From assembly GCA_951406725.2 (NCBI GenBank), contig OX597817.1, positions 10,602,001-10,666,000 of the forward strand: a DNA stretch of 64,000 bases, read 5' to 3'. Source of the DNA: Octopus vulgaris. Lineage: Eukaryota. The notes under the pieces were generated by a model that was given only the letters and a program-made list of their open reading frames with translations, made no database searches and was not told the origin of the DNA. Of this stretch, positions 11,663 to 25,195 are shown in pieces; within the stretch, counting starts at the first letter, position 1, and the number at the start of each line of letters is the position of its first letter. Both the position numbers and the translations under genes were made by a program.

Positions 11663-11819
11663 CTGCAAGGTAGCAATACAAAGGAAAGAATATCATATAA
11701 AATATATATGCTGTATGGTTAATTACCCTCACCCTATTGATTTAATAAGTCAGCATAATTTACATATATAAATTCAAATTACGATGGAAATAAATAAAGT
11801 TTGCTTTAGAAGCGTTAAG

Positions 11820-11960
11820 ATGTATTGAAAGATAAGGAAATAATTTTATTCTCAAACACATTTTTCTGCAGAAAATATGGGTAGTTTATCCTATTCATGC
11901 TATATTATTAGCATTATCCTGCGTTTGAGAATAAAATTATTTCCTTATCTTTCAGTACAT
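11820..11960. mobile_element. MITE-like element with 38-bp terminal inverted repeats
   Basis: ATGTATTGAAAGATAAGGAAATAATTTTATTCTCAAAC (11820-11857) versus its reverse complement at 11923-11960, 1 mismatch. Confidence 0.65.
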
Positions 11961-12062
11961 ATATAAACTTTACTGAAATATTTTAATTACTTTTAGTTAC
12001 TGATAAATTTCCTTGAACACAATATTATTTATTTATCCCGTTTCTCGACTCTTGGTACCACA

Positions 12063-12525
12063 ACTTTAAAATTCTTCTTTGACAATACCACGTAGAGCTG
12101 ACTATGCAAGAACAGTGATATTGATTTGGTGCATGGTCTGACCATGCGGCTTCACGGGAAACTGCTTCTTTCAAAACTCAAAGAAAAATCCCGACTCTTG
12201 ACCACTATTATTATTTCAAAGGCTAAATAGCAGGCGACTTATGTATTATTCTGAATCAATATTTGCTTCAATGTCATGTTCCATAAGATTAGTTATGATA
12301 TATTGTGTTCCGTTACTCTGGCCATTTTTCTTTTCTTGGTTCAGCAGCAGCGTTATGGTTGTTCCATTTTGAAGTTATTGGATATGCGATTGGATTCTTG
12401 ATAGTTTGGGGGCAATCAATGAAATCTATTGGATTGAGTATCTCTTTGTTCACTTGGTCAGAGCTCTTGTAAAGTTTCTCCTTGCCTGGAAAATATCGCA
12501 TCATGTGTTCACTGACATACTGTAC
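12063..12525 (-). pseudogene. Decayed Helitron PIF1-like helicase C-terminal fragment
   Basis: Fragments EHMMRYFPGKEKLYKSSDQV..PIDFID, GQSNGTQY, KKQFPV, GQT and FLHSQLYVVLSK match the Helitron helicase motifs GLCNGTR / RQFPV / QGQT / FSHGQLYVALSR. Confidence 0.75.
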
Positions 12526-12529
12526 TACG

Positions 12530-14060
12530 AACTGCGACACCTAAACGAGACAGGCAAGCCCAGCAGTAACGGTTGCAACAATGATTCAGTTCTGAATTTG
12601 GTACTGCAATATCATCGTTCTTTCTCCATCTTTTCCTCTGAGGTCGGTCCAATCTGCATTCTCGAAGGAGAGATAATAGTAGATTGTGTACACCATCTGC
12701 AACTATCGATCACTAACAATAGTTAATAGGAGATCTGCTAAAACTTTCTTTCGAAAGTCCTTGAATTGCTTCTTCGGTGCCCTTCTGTCATGGTAACTAG
12801 TGAAGAGTTCTTCATATTCGCCATACAGCACAATCATGTGTAAGCAATATTCCTTCATACTAGAAGTGTGCCTTCCCAGTGCGGTTGCGGTTTTAACAGA
12901 ATAGTCTCTATATTCTTAACATTTCTCCTTTCATGGACTTCACTGTAGGCGATGAAGTCATTCCAATGGATATCATAGAGGCAACAGTATCAGAAGCGTT
13001 GAAGAAACCGAAATGTAGTCAGAGTAGTTAGTTAGTTAGTTAGTTAATTTTTGGTTCAAAATGCAAAAAGCAAGGCCATGTAGGGAGACATGGAGTTATG
13101 TATAGGGTGGTATTCATGTAAAGAGTTCAGGCCACTTGTGGTCAAGGGAGACTTTGAACAAAGCGGTCGTCATCATCTTCACCATCTCGTCCGGTAGCTT
13201 ACGGATCCGCAACCCGGACGGAGAAAGCCCCTCTCCTTCGATTGAGATGAAATCGTCGCAGATAGAGCTTTTCCGAATGACCCTGCAGCCGACGCTCTGG
13301 AGCAGGAGTAGGTAACCTTCAACTCGTACATTGGCTCTGTACACATTCTTTCAGACGCTTGTTATTCCAGTTTCTTTTATACGAGCTGCCGAAAGTGCTG
13401 ATTGCCTTTACCAAGCAAAACACCTTGGAATTGCATCAAATCCTGCCATTTCACCACTTTTTAATTGTTTTATTGTCTTGACTCTTCAAAGGTTGCGATC
13501 ACTTTAAAATTCTTCTTTGACAATACCACGTAGAGCTGACCATGCAAAAACAGTGATATTGATTTGGTGCACGGTCTGACCAATGCGGCTTCACGGGAAA
13601 TTGCTCCTTTCAAAACTCAAAGAAAAGTCCCGACTCTTGGCCACTATTATGATTTCAAAGGCTAAATAGCAGGCGACTTGTGTATTATTCTGAATCAATA
13701 TTTGCTTCAATGTTGCTTTGTTTTCTCTAAATGTTGTAGGATTGCTGGGTCATGGATCATGCTGAGTCAAGGAGATGAGTTTGGAAATGTTCACACCATC
13801 GGTTTAGGATAAATTTCATGCCTGTAAAGAAAGAGCTCATGTCCATCTCCACTGCATAAGGGTCTTTGAGCTCGCGGCAACGGGACATGCATCACCTTGA
13901 AAACTTCATAAAACCTACTGTAGTCACCATTATTTGCGAGTTGAATCTCATGGAACTGGTGCTTCAGTTTGCTGTGCTCAAAGCGTAAGGCTGCTTTCTC
14001 ATCAGAGAAGGTGTGTTTGGCGGACAACTCTCTTTTCAGCCAACAAGTAGCTAAGGTGTT
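12530..14060 (-). mobile_element. Decayed RTE-clade LINE ORF2 remnant, interrupted by CR1 (13024-13310) and a 213-bp Helitron copy (13501-13713)
   Basis: Fragments GDYSRFYEVFK...PLCSGDGHEL...ILNRWCEHFQT, TIKQLKSGEMAGFDAIP and IVLYGE...HDRRAPKKQFKD are typical of RTE/BovB ORF2. Confidence 0.72.
13024..13310 (-). mobile_element. CR1-clade 3' end, second copy of the 3330 family
   Basis: High identity to 3330-3620, including the (CTAA)n tail. Confidence 0.85.
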
Positions 14061-14422
14061 AATCATAATGTCGTGGGTTCATTTCCTGAACCGGGTGACA
14101 TGTTGCCTCCTTGAGCAAGACACTTCATTTAACGTTGCTATAGTTTACACATCTGGAAAGGAGTACCGGTTGAGAGCTGATGTAGCTTTCTGTCTCTCTG
14201 TCTCTCTCTATGCCTGTTTGACTGTCTCTCTCACCAGCTCTCTCTCTCTCTCCCTCCCTCCACCTATCAGTTTACAGTTCTACCGCTGAGCCAAAGGGTG
14301 GAAGGGGCGCCTAAAACAACTTAATAAAGCATGGTATTGTTACTAAGTAATACTCATTTCGATGTTGATGACGGTCTGTCCATAGCACTTAGCCTTACCT
14401 GCCACTCTTTGGATCTTCAAGA

Positions 14423-14435
14423 ATATAGAGACTAT

Positions 14436-14499
<64 letters not shown>

Positions 14500-14505
14500 T
14501 ATAGA

Positions 14506-14550
<45 letters not shown>

Positions 14551-14563
14551 GATATATGTGTAC

Positions 14564-14628
<65 letters not shown>

Positions 14629-14726
14629 TATGTATATATTATATAATTAGGGCTTAGTAAAATGGTCCTTTTACATACTGAACACTTGGTGAAATTGATT
14701 AATTAATTAATTTTACCCTCAATTGT

Positions 14727-14778
<52 letters not shown>

Positions 14779-14790
14779 TCTATATATGCA
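14423..14790. repeat. (TA)n microsatellite block with an embedded short repeat also seen at ~25900-25975
   Basis: CATACTGAACACTTGGTGAAATTGATTAAT occurs in both places. Confidence 0.8.
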
Positions 14791-15051
14791 TGTATATAGT
14801 CAATTCAATGAACAAAACATTTTAACAAACACGAATGGAAAACGAAAAGAAAAAGAGAAAATGGAAAAAAGAACGTGAAGACGAGTACAAGAAATATATT
14901 AGCTTGACCCTTGGGGAAAGAAGTGAGTTTAACACATTGAGCATAAATCGTCATCGGAAAGAAGAAAGAGAAAAGTCCCAAGGAGAAAAGATCCCCAACA
15001 GCCCACGTGTAATTACATTTCCCAAAACCCTAACCCTATATATGTATGTGA

Positions 15052-15128
<77 letters not shown>

Positions 15129-15130
15129 GA

Positions 15131-15178
<48 letters not shown>

Positions 15179-15208
15179 AGATATATATATATATACATAT
15201 ATATTATA

Positions 15209-15608
15209 CTAGCAGTATCACCCGGCGTTGCTCGGGTTTGTAAGGGAAATAACTATATAAGCATTTTTAGAGAGTTATAACCAAACAATAGCAAAAAAAT
15301 GCATTAAAAATGGAAAAAAAATTATGATAAATTTTTTTTTAATCGTTGACTCATCGTAGACATTTTTAGAGAGTTACTTCCCTTATATAATAGCGAAAAA
15401 TGCATTAAAATGGAAAAAAATGATAATAAATTATTTTTAAAATCGTAGACTCATCGTAGACGCGCGCTAATACCCAGAAGGGCTCGATATGAATCACGAC
15501 TATAAGATACCATGTTTTGGTTAAACTGCACCGCAAAATGTGGGAGTAGTTAGGAATCTAAATCGTAGGAGACAGACACTCACACAACTTTACTTTTATA
15601 TATAAAGA
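15209..15608 (-). mobile_element. Helitron H1
   Basis: Reverse complement of the 2828 copy with A|TC and CTAG|T ends. Confidence 0.9.
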
Positions 15609-15663
15609 TAAATATATATATATATGTATCTATATGCATAAATATATATATATATATATATAT

Positions 15664-15858
15664 TGTTGGCGATTTTTTCCCTCTGTCTTCCCTTCTCTGG
15701 ATCTTTCCTTCTCCTATGTTTCCGACGAAGAGCTCCGCTCGAAACGTTAAACCCTCCTTCTTTCTTTCTTTCTTTCCTGAGCGTCCAATAATACTATACT
15801 TGTTCCACATCCTCGCGTTGTTGTGTTTTTTTGTGCTTTCTTGTTTGGATTAACTACA
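15664..15858 (+). mobile_element. Short Penelope-like terminal-repeat element with a minimal hammerhead motif at 15718-15752
   Basis: GTTT-CCGACGA-A-GAGC-TCC-GCTC-GAAAC-GTT-AAAC, flanked by (TA)n. Four clear copies in the window. Confidence 0.72.
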
Positions 15859-16381
15859 TATATATATATATATATATATATAGTGTAATAAATAAAATAT
15901 ATGCATATATATGTGTGTGTGTGTGTTCCTTTGCTTTACTCCACATTTCTTTGGCTGCTAGCCCACTGTTTTTTCGTCGTGTATTATTGGTTTTTGTTGG
16001 GTTTTGTTTTGTTTTTTGTTGTTTTGTTTTTTGTCGTATATGTATTATTATATTTTTTGTTGCCTTCGCTTCGCCCGAAGGCCATATTCTGTTTATTTGT
16101 TTGTTTGTTTTTTTTTGTTTTTTTTTTGTCCCTCGTTCCTCCTTGTTGCGTGTCTTGTTTTGTTATGTTTTAGTCACTTCCCCCAGAAAGTTCTCTTGCT
16201 GTTTGCCTCCAGGATGGATGCAATATTATCGATACAGCCATGAAATTGCTCTCGACGCCCAGGCCAATAATTTATAAAGAATTTGTGATCTGTGTTTGTT
16301 CTCCATTCGTCTGTGCATTCAGTGCCTTTAGTATGTCTTTCCATCCGTTTGTTTATTGTTATATGTGTTTGACTTCTGTAA

Positions 16382-16430
<49 letters not shown>

Positions 16431-16436
16431 TGTGTT

Positions 16437-16500
<64 letters not shown>

Positions 16501-16525
16501 GCAGCGATAGATAGATAGATAATTT

Positions 16526-16746
16526 AAGGCGGCGAGCTGGCAGAACCGTTAGCACGCCGGGCGAAATGCGTAGCCGTATTTCGTCTGCCGTTACGTTCTG
16601 AGTTCAAATTCCGCCGAGGTCGACTTTGCCTTTCATCCTTTCAGGGTCGATAAATTACACACTGGGGTCGATGTAATCAACTTAATCCGTTTGTCTGTCC
16701 TTGTTTGTCCCCTCTATGTTTAGCCCCTTGTGGGTAATAATGAAAC

Positions 16747-16809
<63 letters not shown>

Positions 16810-17031
16810 TTAAGGCGGCGAGCTGGCAGAACCGTTAGCACGCCGGGCGAAATGCGTAGCCGTATTTCGTCTGCCGTTACGTTCTGAGTTCAAATTCCGC
16901 CGAGGTCGACTTTGCCTTTCATCCTTTCGGGGTCGATAAATTACACACTGGGGTCGATGTAATCAACTTAATCCGCTTGTCTGTCCTTGTTTGTCCCCTC
17001 TATGTTTAGCCCTTGTGGGTAACAATGAAAC
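16526..17031 (+). mobile_element. Two tandem Tx1-tailed SINE B copies separated by (GATA)n
   Basis: 16526-16746 and 16813-17031 are almost identical and share a private deletion (GATAAATTACACACTGG). Confidence 0.9.
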
Positions 17032-17050
17032 AGATAGATAGATAGATAAG

Positions 17051-17450
17051 TTTCTTTATTGGCCACACAGGGCTACACACAGATGGGACAAGTTACAAGG
17101 TAGAGCTTTTCTTTTGGGTGAAGAAAAAAACCAAAAACAAAAAACAAAAGAAACATAAAAAATGTGGCGTAGGTTTTCGATCAAAAGGGATCGTAAAAGG
17201 GAAAAAAAGAACAAAAAATAAAAAAGAAAAAAAAGAAAAAAAGAAAAAAAAGGAAAAGGAACAAAAGAAAAGAGAAATGAAAAAAAGAAGAAAAAAGGGG
17301 AAGAGGAGAAAAAAACGATCAATAGGGATCGTGTATCATAGTGTTATGATGTATGGTGTAAAGGGGAAAGCAAGTAAGGTTTATCCGTGGGAAGAAAAGC
17401 CTACGAAAAAGACCACGGTAACCTTGGTCAATATTGTTATATGTTACCAG
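17051..17450 (-). mobile_element. 3' UTR fragment of a Tx1-type LINE inserted in (GATA)n
   Basis: Ends TGTAGCCCTGTGTGGCCAATAAAGAAA, like the intact LINE tail. Homologous copy at 55125, also in GATA. Confidence 0.6.
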
Positions 17451-18142
17451 ATATATAGATAAATAGATAGATAGATAACGCTGTAGTACATAATTCTTTT
17501 CGTACGTTTGTACGTTTGAAAAAGCACTGATGTATGAAAATACTTGTAAAATATTCAACTGTATACATCATGAGATTTACCGTTATATGTTCTAACATAA
17601 CGGCAATGATTTTAATTTCATCTGAGTGAAAATTATTCCCATGACGCCTTGTGATTTAGAGCAGAGTGTGCCGCTATTAACAACTCCAATCACAAGAGCC
17701 AATTTTGAAAATGAGATTCTGAAAGTTTCGAAACGCCAGACTAATTGATCGAGGAATGTTATTGTTCTAGAGCAAACAAAAAATAAAACAGCAAAAAATC
17801 ATTACTAAAAAAGTCCAAACTCGGACATAATGGCATTTTTACAATAGTTTGAAAGGAAACCATTCCTTATTTACATAAGTACATATACATGAAAATGCAC
17901 TCATACACACACAAATATATTATGTATTATATTAAATATGCGCGCGTGTGTGTGTGTGTGTGTACACAATGAGTATATGCGTGTGGGTGACTGTGTAGTA
18001 AGAAGCTTGCTTTCCCACTATGTAGTCTTGTGTTCAGTCCCACTGCAGGGCACCTTGAGCAAGTGCCTTCTACTACAGCACCCCGAGCCGACCAAAGCCT
18101 TGTGAGTAAATTTCGTAGACAGAAACTGAAAGACGCCCATCG

Positions 18143-18217
<75 letters not shown>

Positions 18218-18228
18218 GTATGTATGTA

Positions 18229-18548
<320 letters not shown>

Positions 18549-18557
18549 ATATACACC

Positions 18558-18705
18558 CGGATATGTCTCCGCAAACAATAACTCTCTGCTCGAATGGGCC
18601 TTGGTGCCCAAATCCTGAACTGAAAGACTTCGCCAGGTGGTGCTATTAAGTTAGACATGGCCTGGGCCAATACTGGCCCAAAACCTTTCTAAGTTATTCT
18701 AAGTT
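18558..18705 (+). mobile_element. CR1-type 3' end fragment
   Basis: GYVSANNNSLLEW plus tail CAGGTGGTGCTATTAAGTTAGACATGGCCTGG shared with the 22225 element. Confidence 0.7.
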
Positions 18706-18753
18706 ATATATATATATATATATACATAAATATATATATATATATATATATAC

Positions 18754-18898
<145 letters not shown>

Positions 18899-18943
18899 AA
18901 TATATATATATATACATAAATATATATATATATATACATACAC

Positions 18944-19010
<67 letters not shown>

Positions 19011-19021
19011 CATACATATAT

Positions 19022-19890
19022 AATGAAGCAAAAACGCAATAGAGGACAATAAAACATAGATAGACGATACAAAGGCGGAGAGGAAAAACAACAATTAGAG
19101 GGAAAGGAAAAGAAAAAAAGACGGGTCATTCGTGGCCTTTTTTCTTCAGTCAAGTTACCAAATGTGCTTACAGTTTCGGGCAGTTACACTTGAGACTGTT
19201 CGATCTGGTTGACCCCCAAAAAGTCTAAGCTAAGAGAATTAGATTTTTTGTAAGAAAGCTAACGAATGTAAAAAAACGGAGAACATGGTACACAATTACG
19301 AATGCAGACAACAAGAATATAACAACTGGCGTCTTTCGACTGAGGACGAATCAAATTGAGCCGGCGTGTATAAAGTGAAAGCCTTAAGGCAGGAACATAG
19401 AAGATGGACATAAGAGGTGATGGTGGTCGGCAGTCAGGCCAAGAAAGGAAGATCATGGCTGGCCGAACACCGGTCACGTGGTAGGAGGAGAGGGGGTTGG
19501 GGGCAGCAGGATTGAAGGATTAGAAAAAAAATCAAAGAGACAAAAGCAAAGATACAGGGGAGATAAAAGGGGTGGAAAAGTGGGAGTTAAAGAAAGATAG
19601 GGCCAAGAAATGTGAGAGAGAGGGAGCAAGAAAAAGAAAAGTGGAAGAAAGTATGAGGGGGATTAAAAGTAAAAGAATCGTACAAAGTTCAGATGCATAC
19701 TTACTATAAGGTGAACAAAAGTGTACGTACGTCGCTATATGTATATGTAAATATGAAAAAAGGGAACAAAAACGCAATAGAGGAAAATATACCATCCGAA
19801 CACATAGATGATACAAAGGTAGACAGGAAAAAAAAAAGGACGGGTCATTCGTGGCCTTCTTTCGTCAGTCAAGTTACCAGATGTTCTTAC
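19022..19890 (-). repeat. Unclassified (TA)n-associated repeat with internal partial duplication, homologous to 63520-64000 (+)
   Basis: Shared GTCGAAAGAC...GTTGTT and AACTTGACTGA.GA...CGAATGACCCGTC blocks. Confidence 0.55.
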
Positions 19891-19894
19891 ATTC

Positions 19895-19944
<50 letters not shown>

Positions 19945-20045
19945 TCAAAAAATATATATATATATATTCAAAATGTGACCGCGTGTGTACCGTTGGCGAT
20001 TTCTTTTCCTCCGTCTTCCCTTCTTTGGATCTTTCCTTTACCTAT

Positions 20046-20080
20046 GTTTCTGACGAAGAGCTCCGCTCGAAACGTTAAAC
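20046..20080 (+). ncRNA. Minimal type I hammerhead ribozyme motif with canonical CUGACGA core, in a Penelope-like element (~19972-20181)
   Basis: Stem I GTTT/AAAC, core CTGACGA, stem II GAGC/GCTC, GAAAC, palindromic stem III ACGT, GUU cleavage triplet. Confidence 0.72.
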
Positions 20081-20180
20081 CCTCCTTCTTTCCTTCTTTC
20101 CTGAGCGTCCAATAATACTATACTTGTTCCACGTCCTCGCGTTGTTGTGTCTTCTCTTTGTGTTTTCATGTTTGGATTAA

Positions 20181-20231
<51 letters not shown>

Positions 20232-20557
20232 TATACACACACACACACAGAGACAGAGACTGGGACAGAAATAATCAGTATATGATTTAACTTATTAGAC
20301 ACAGTTCAACAAATATATTCATATTTATGTAATGGAGGAGATTAGATGTTAAAATGGATTATAGTTTTTATTTTTCATGTACAATTTGTTTCATACAAAA
20401 ATACTCTGATATTTCGTTTTGGGATTTGGTTTGCCAGATTCTTTATGTGAGTTCGTGTGTTGAAGTATATTCTGTTGTGTCTGGGGAGAGTCATTCTCTT
20501 TTGATGCCTTATAATTTAACAATGCATATATATATTTATAAATGTGTGTGTATGTAC

Positions 20558-20591
<34 letters not shown>

Positions 20592-20750
20592 AGAGAGAGA
20601 TAACATACACACATACAGATGTATATGGATATGAGTATGCATGTATACACGCGCGTGTGTGTGTGTGTGTGTGTGTGAGTTTCCGCCACCACTTGACCAT
20701 CGATGCTTGTTTGCTTACGTGACCGCAATCCAAAGACTTAAAACAAGAAA

Positions 20751-21154
20751 TCTTTATATATAAAAGTGAAGTTGTGTGAGTGTCTGTCTCCTACGATTTA
20801 GATTCCTAACTACTCCCACATTTTTGCGGTGCAGTTTAACCAAAACCGGGTATCTTATAGTCGTGATTCATATCGAGCCCTTCTGGTTATTAGCGCGCGT
20901 CTACGATGAGTCTACGATTTTTAAAATAATTTACCATCATTTTTTTCCATTTTAATGCATTTTTTCGCTATTATATAAGGGAAGTAACTCTCTAAAAATG
21001 TCTACGATGAGTCAACGATTTAAAAAAAAAATTTACCATCATTTTTTTCCCATTTTTAATGCATTATTTTGCTATTTTTTAGCTATAACTCTCTAAAAAT
21101 GCTTATATAGTTATTTCCCTTACAAACCCGAGCAACGCCGGGCGATACTGCTAG
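20751..21154 (+). mobile_element. Helitron H1
   Basis: A|TC...hairpin...CTAG|T. Confidence 0.9.
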
Positions 21155-21491
21155 TAAAAGATAAAAGAAGTTATGTGTGTGCGTGCGTGGGTCTGTGGGT
21201 GGTTGTAAGGGAAAAGTGCAATATTTGTTATGCATAAATGTGAATGAGTGTACAATAAACTACAAGAACTCGTTGAAAAAATGTGTGGGACGTAAATGCT
21301 TACGTCAGCTCCACTTTAAATTCGTTCATCAGTTCTGTATGGTCACTGCTATAGGAGATGGGATACAAATTGAGATCAGAACAGTGGCCAAATAGGAAAA
21401 GTCAATGTCAGTCAGTTCCGGCCAGGAAGTTAATTCTTACGATTGTGTAAATGAATGAGGTGAGCCGTTGCGTATGTTTGTATTGCAATCT

Positions 21492-21902
21492 CTCTTTTTA
21501 CTCTTTTACTTGTTTCAGTCATTTTGACTGCGGCCATGCTGGAGCACCGCCTTTAGTCGAGCAAATCGATCCCGGGACTTATTCTTTGTAAGCCCAGTGC
21601 TTATTCTATCGGTCTCTTTTTGCCGAACCGCTAAGTGACGGGGACGTAAACACACCAGCATCGGTTGTCAAGCAATGCTAGGGAGACAAACACAGACACA
21701 CAAACACACACACACACATATACATATATATATATATATACGACAGGCTTCTTTCAGTTTCCGTCTACCAAATCCACTCACAAGGCATTGGTCGGCCCGG
21801 GGCTATAGCAGAAGACACTTGCCCAAGATGCCACGCAGTGGGACTGAACCCGGAACCATGTGGTTGGTAAGCAAGCTACTTACCACACAGCCACTCCTGC
21901 GC
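21492..21902 (-). mobile_element. SINE A, full length
   Basis: Reverse complement of SINE A. Confidence 0.92.
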
Positions 21903-22193
21903 TATCTGGTTACGAATCCTTTTTGTAACTGACTTACATCAGCTATGCCGTTAAAATGCAGGGCCTGTTGAATTTAAGAACATCTCGGTACATCACCAAC
22001 AGGTTTCACATATTTTAAGGCCGCCTCGTTCGTGTGTTTACGATGGTGTGGCTGTGTGGTAAAAAGTTCACTTCTTAACTACATGGTTCCAGATTCAGTG
22101 CCACTACTTTAACCCCATGTTGACCAAAGCCTTGTGAGTGGATTTAGTCGACGAAAACTGAAAGAAGCCTCTCTCGCTCTCCCTCTCTCTCTG

Positions 22194-22224
<31 letters not shown>

Positions 22225-22229
<5 letters not shown>

Positions 22230-22570
22230 CGTCCCCTGCCCAATTCAAGATCACAACATACATGTACACTGCAACATAATTTCTTTTCCTCAACAGGCCC
22301 TGCCCTATTTAACATTGTCCCGAAAGAGATCAAAGAGGAACAGGATCCCATCAACTTTAAACGGAGTCTGGATAGATTCCTTCAAGGAATACCAGATAAG
22401 CCACCCATAATTGGATACAACTCACCCAACAAAAACTCACTACTTGAATGGACCATAAACAAAACTTGACTTAAACATGATTCAAATAATCCTATCAGGT
22501 GCTGCTATTAAGTTAGACATGGCCTGGACCAATCATTGGTCGAAACATATCTAAGTTTATCTAAGTTTAT
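22225..22570 (+). mobile_element. CR1-clade 3' end inserted in the microsatellite of a degenerate SINE A (~22045-22750)
   Basis: HNFFSSTGPALFNIVPKEIK...FKRSLDRFLQGIPDKP...NSLLEW, tail (TCTAAGTTTA)2. Confidence 0.82.
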
Positions 22571-22919
22571 GTATGTGTGTACGTATCATTTTATTTACAC
22601 CCACCATACCAGCGCTTGTCAACCGGTAGTTGTTTGTTTACGTCTCTGTAACTTAGTGCTTCGGCAATAAGAGATCCGATTAAATATGCACCAGGCTTCG
22701 GTGCCCCAGCATGGCCGCAGTCTAATGATTGTATCAAGTTAATAGATAAAAGAATAAAAAAAAGATAATCATCTCATTTTATCGTTACATTTATTGGTTT
22801 TTAATCGTATGTAATAATGATGCCTAAATTCAGCTTGTACAGAGTGCTAATACATTTAGGAATGAATCTAAGTAAACAGCATAGGGAAACAAACAATTGG
22901 ACATTTCAAAATACACATC

Positions 22920-23300
22920 AAGGAAAGCAGCAAGCTGGCAGAATCGTTATCACGCTGGCCAAAATATTTAGCGGCATTTCGTCCGTCTTTATGTTCTGAG
23001 TTCAAATTCCGCTGAAGTCGACTTTGCTTTTCATACTTCTGGGATAGATAAAAAAAAGTACCAGTTGAACACTGGGGTCGATGTCATCTACTTAAACTCT
23101 CTCCCGAAATTGCTGGCGATGTGTCAAAATTTGAAACTGATGAGGCAGCGACATGGCAAAATCGTTAGCACGCCGGGAAAAATGCTTAGCGACATTTCGT
23201 CCGTGTTCATGTTTTGAGTTCAAATTCCGCCGAGGTTGACTTTGCCTTTCATCTTTTCGGGGTCAATAAAATAAATACCAATGAAGTACTGGAGTCGATG
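22920..23300 (+). mobile_element. Two older SINE B copies in tandem
   Basis: Diverged SINE B heads and bodies; the first has the old tail ...AAAATTTGAAAC. Confidence 0.8.
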
Positions 23301-23744
23301 TATCAATATTACTCTGCTGCTATTTGGATCGGCAACTTATGTCGACCCCTTGATACTTTATTTGCAATCGTAATATACATTAATATCTTTTTTACATCCA
23401 CACCTTCAAAAAAGGACAATTCAGCTGTTGTTGAATACTTTTGGGAGCGTTGATGAATCGTAATATACATTAATAATAAACCCTTAACGTGTTCAGTAGG
23501 CAAAAAGGATACAAATTTGTTACGCTATTTCTACAATGCTGCTTTAATTGCTCCACGTACTTACTATGGCTAGTTATAAGCATTATCCAGTTTGAGGGAT
23601 GGGTTTTTACTGACCTCAATAATCAAGAGAAACTAAAGCATTCTAGCGACGCAGCGTGCTTTTGTTATTATTCATTGCTGACAGCCAAAACAATTTCCTT
23701 AAAAATACAATTTCCATGTGTATGTGGGAGGGGTGTGTGTGCGG

Positions 23745-23800
<56 letters not shown>

Positions 23801-23929
23801 ACGTATGCATGTATTTGTTTTACAAGATTCCTGATGTGAAATCGTATGTTTGAAAAACATTTTTATATTTGGAGATGGTCATTTTTCGCTAATTAAACAC
23901 ACGCACTATATGTTTGGTCTTTACTTCAG

Positions 23930-24307
23930 CTTTATTATTATTATTATTGAGTGAGCGAGCAGAGCATGCCATCAAAGTGACACTGGGGTACAAATATACA
24001 AAGCCCAGTATACTCATCATGACTACCCGTCTGATAAGGGTACACTAGGCACATGCATCACAACCATATGTGCGTGACATGGTGATCTTATATCAAGATA
24101 AACAGCACATGACCTTGCAGGTGGGGCCAAGTTAGAATTTTCTTCTGGTCGAGTAACCCATCCCACTCAAAAGGTCCTTGAATAAGGGTTATTTAAGGAT
24201 GTTAAATGAAACACCCATGTTTCCAGAGGTGAATCATTTAAACCCCAAATAATCCCTCTCAACACATGGCTATGGTGCTCCCCCACTACTCCTGCTCGTG
24301 ATCAGAG

Positions 24308-24352
<45 letters not shown>

Positions 24353-24510
24353 GAGCGAGAGTGCATGCCATCAAAGTGACACTGGGGTAAAATATACGAA
24401 GCCTGATAAGGGTACACTAGGCACATGCATCACAACCATATGTGCGCGACAAGGTGATCTCATATCAAGATAAACAGTACATGACCTTGCAGGTGGGGGC
24501 CAGTTAGAAT
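23930..24510 (-). mobile_element. Retroposon 3' ends with (TAA)n tails, two tandem copies
   Basis: GCATGCCATCAAAGTGACACTGGGGTA...GACCTTGCAGGTGGGG is repeated at ~23963 and ~24362, each beside (TTA)n. Confidence 0.65.
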
Positions 24511-24801
24511 GGTCCAAATATTAAGAGAAGAAATCAATCCTTGGACTCGAGGGACGAGCTGATGATATATAGACACATGCATACACACACGAATATACGT
24601 ATTATCTATAATTTCCAATTAAAGTAACGTTTTTTGATTAAGGTAAGCAATTCTTCAGATGAATACATAGTTTTAACAATCCACACATATATAGACAATG
24701 TAGAGAAATCCATTTAACATTTACTATAACGTGAAGAACGATTTCAGCTGAATAGTGAAAAGTGATTAACGATGACTGTTTAGTATGTCGTTGCATTTAA
24801 A

Positions 24802-25195
24802 TCTCTCTCTCTATATATAGCTGAAGTTGTCTGTGTATGGCAGATTTGGTAGCCTTCAACTAACACTATCTCCTCCGAGACCCTGCGGCGCAAGTTGACC
24901 AAAATTGAAAGTATGATAGAAGAAGGCTTGCTCTTCCTTCCATAGAAGAAAAAATTCAAATCGGACAATGTTAACACCAAAAATTATTTACATCAAAAAG
25001 GTGCTTTTTTTCTATGAAAATCCCTGCTTTTTACGATTTTTTTACTACTGTGTCGCCATTTTTCGGTGTATTTCAACAAAAAAAATGTTCACTTAAAGAG
25101 AATAACAAGCTACATAATGCAAAATGTTTCCTTTTTAAAAATTCCAATTCTAAAGGGTCGAAACAAACCCGAGCAACGCCGGGCGATACTGCTAG
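24802..25195 (+). mobile_element. Helitron H3 (different body, H1-type 3' end)
   Basis: A|TC 5' end. The terminal ACAAACCCGAGCAACGCCGGGCGATACTGCTAG|T is identical to H1. Confidence 0.85.

Noticed and set aside
12063-13713. Direct repeats as the LTRs of a retrotransposon
   Set aside because: No TG..CA ends, PBS or TSD. The repeat encodes Helitron helicase motifs and the interior is RTE/CR1.
19130-19190. CTGAAGA/CTGACGA and GAAA motifs in the 19022/63520 repeat as a hammerhead
   Set aside because: Could not build convincing stems I and III by eye.
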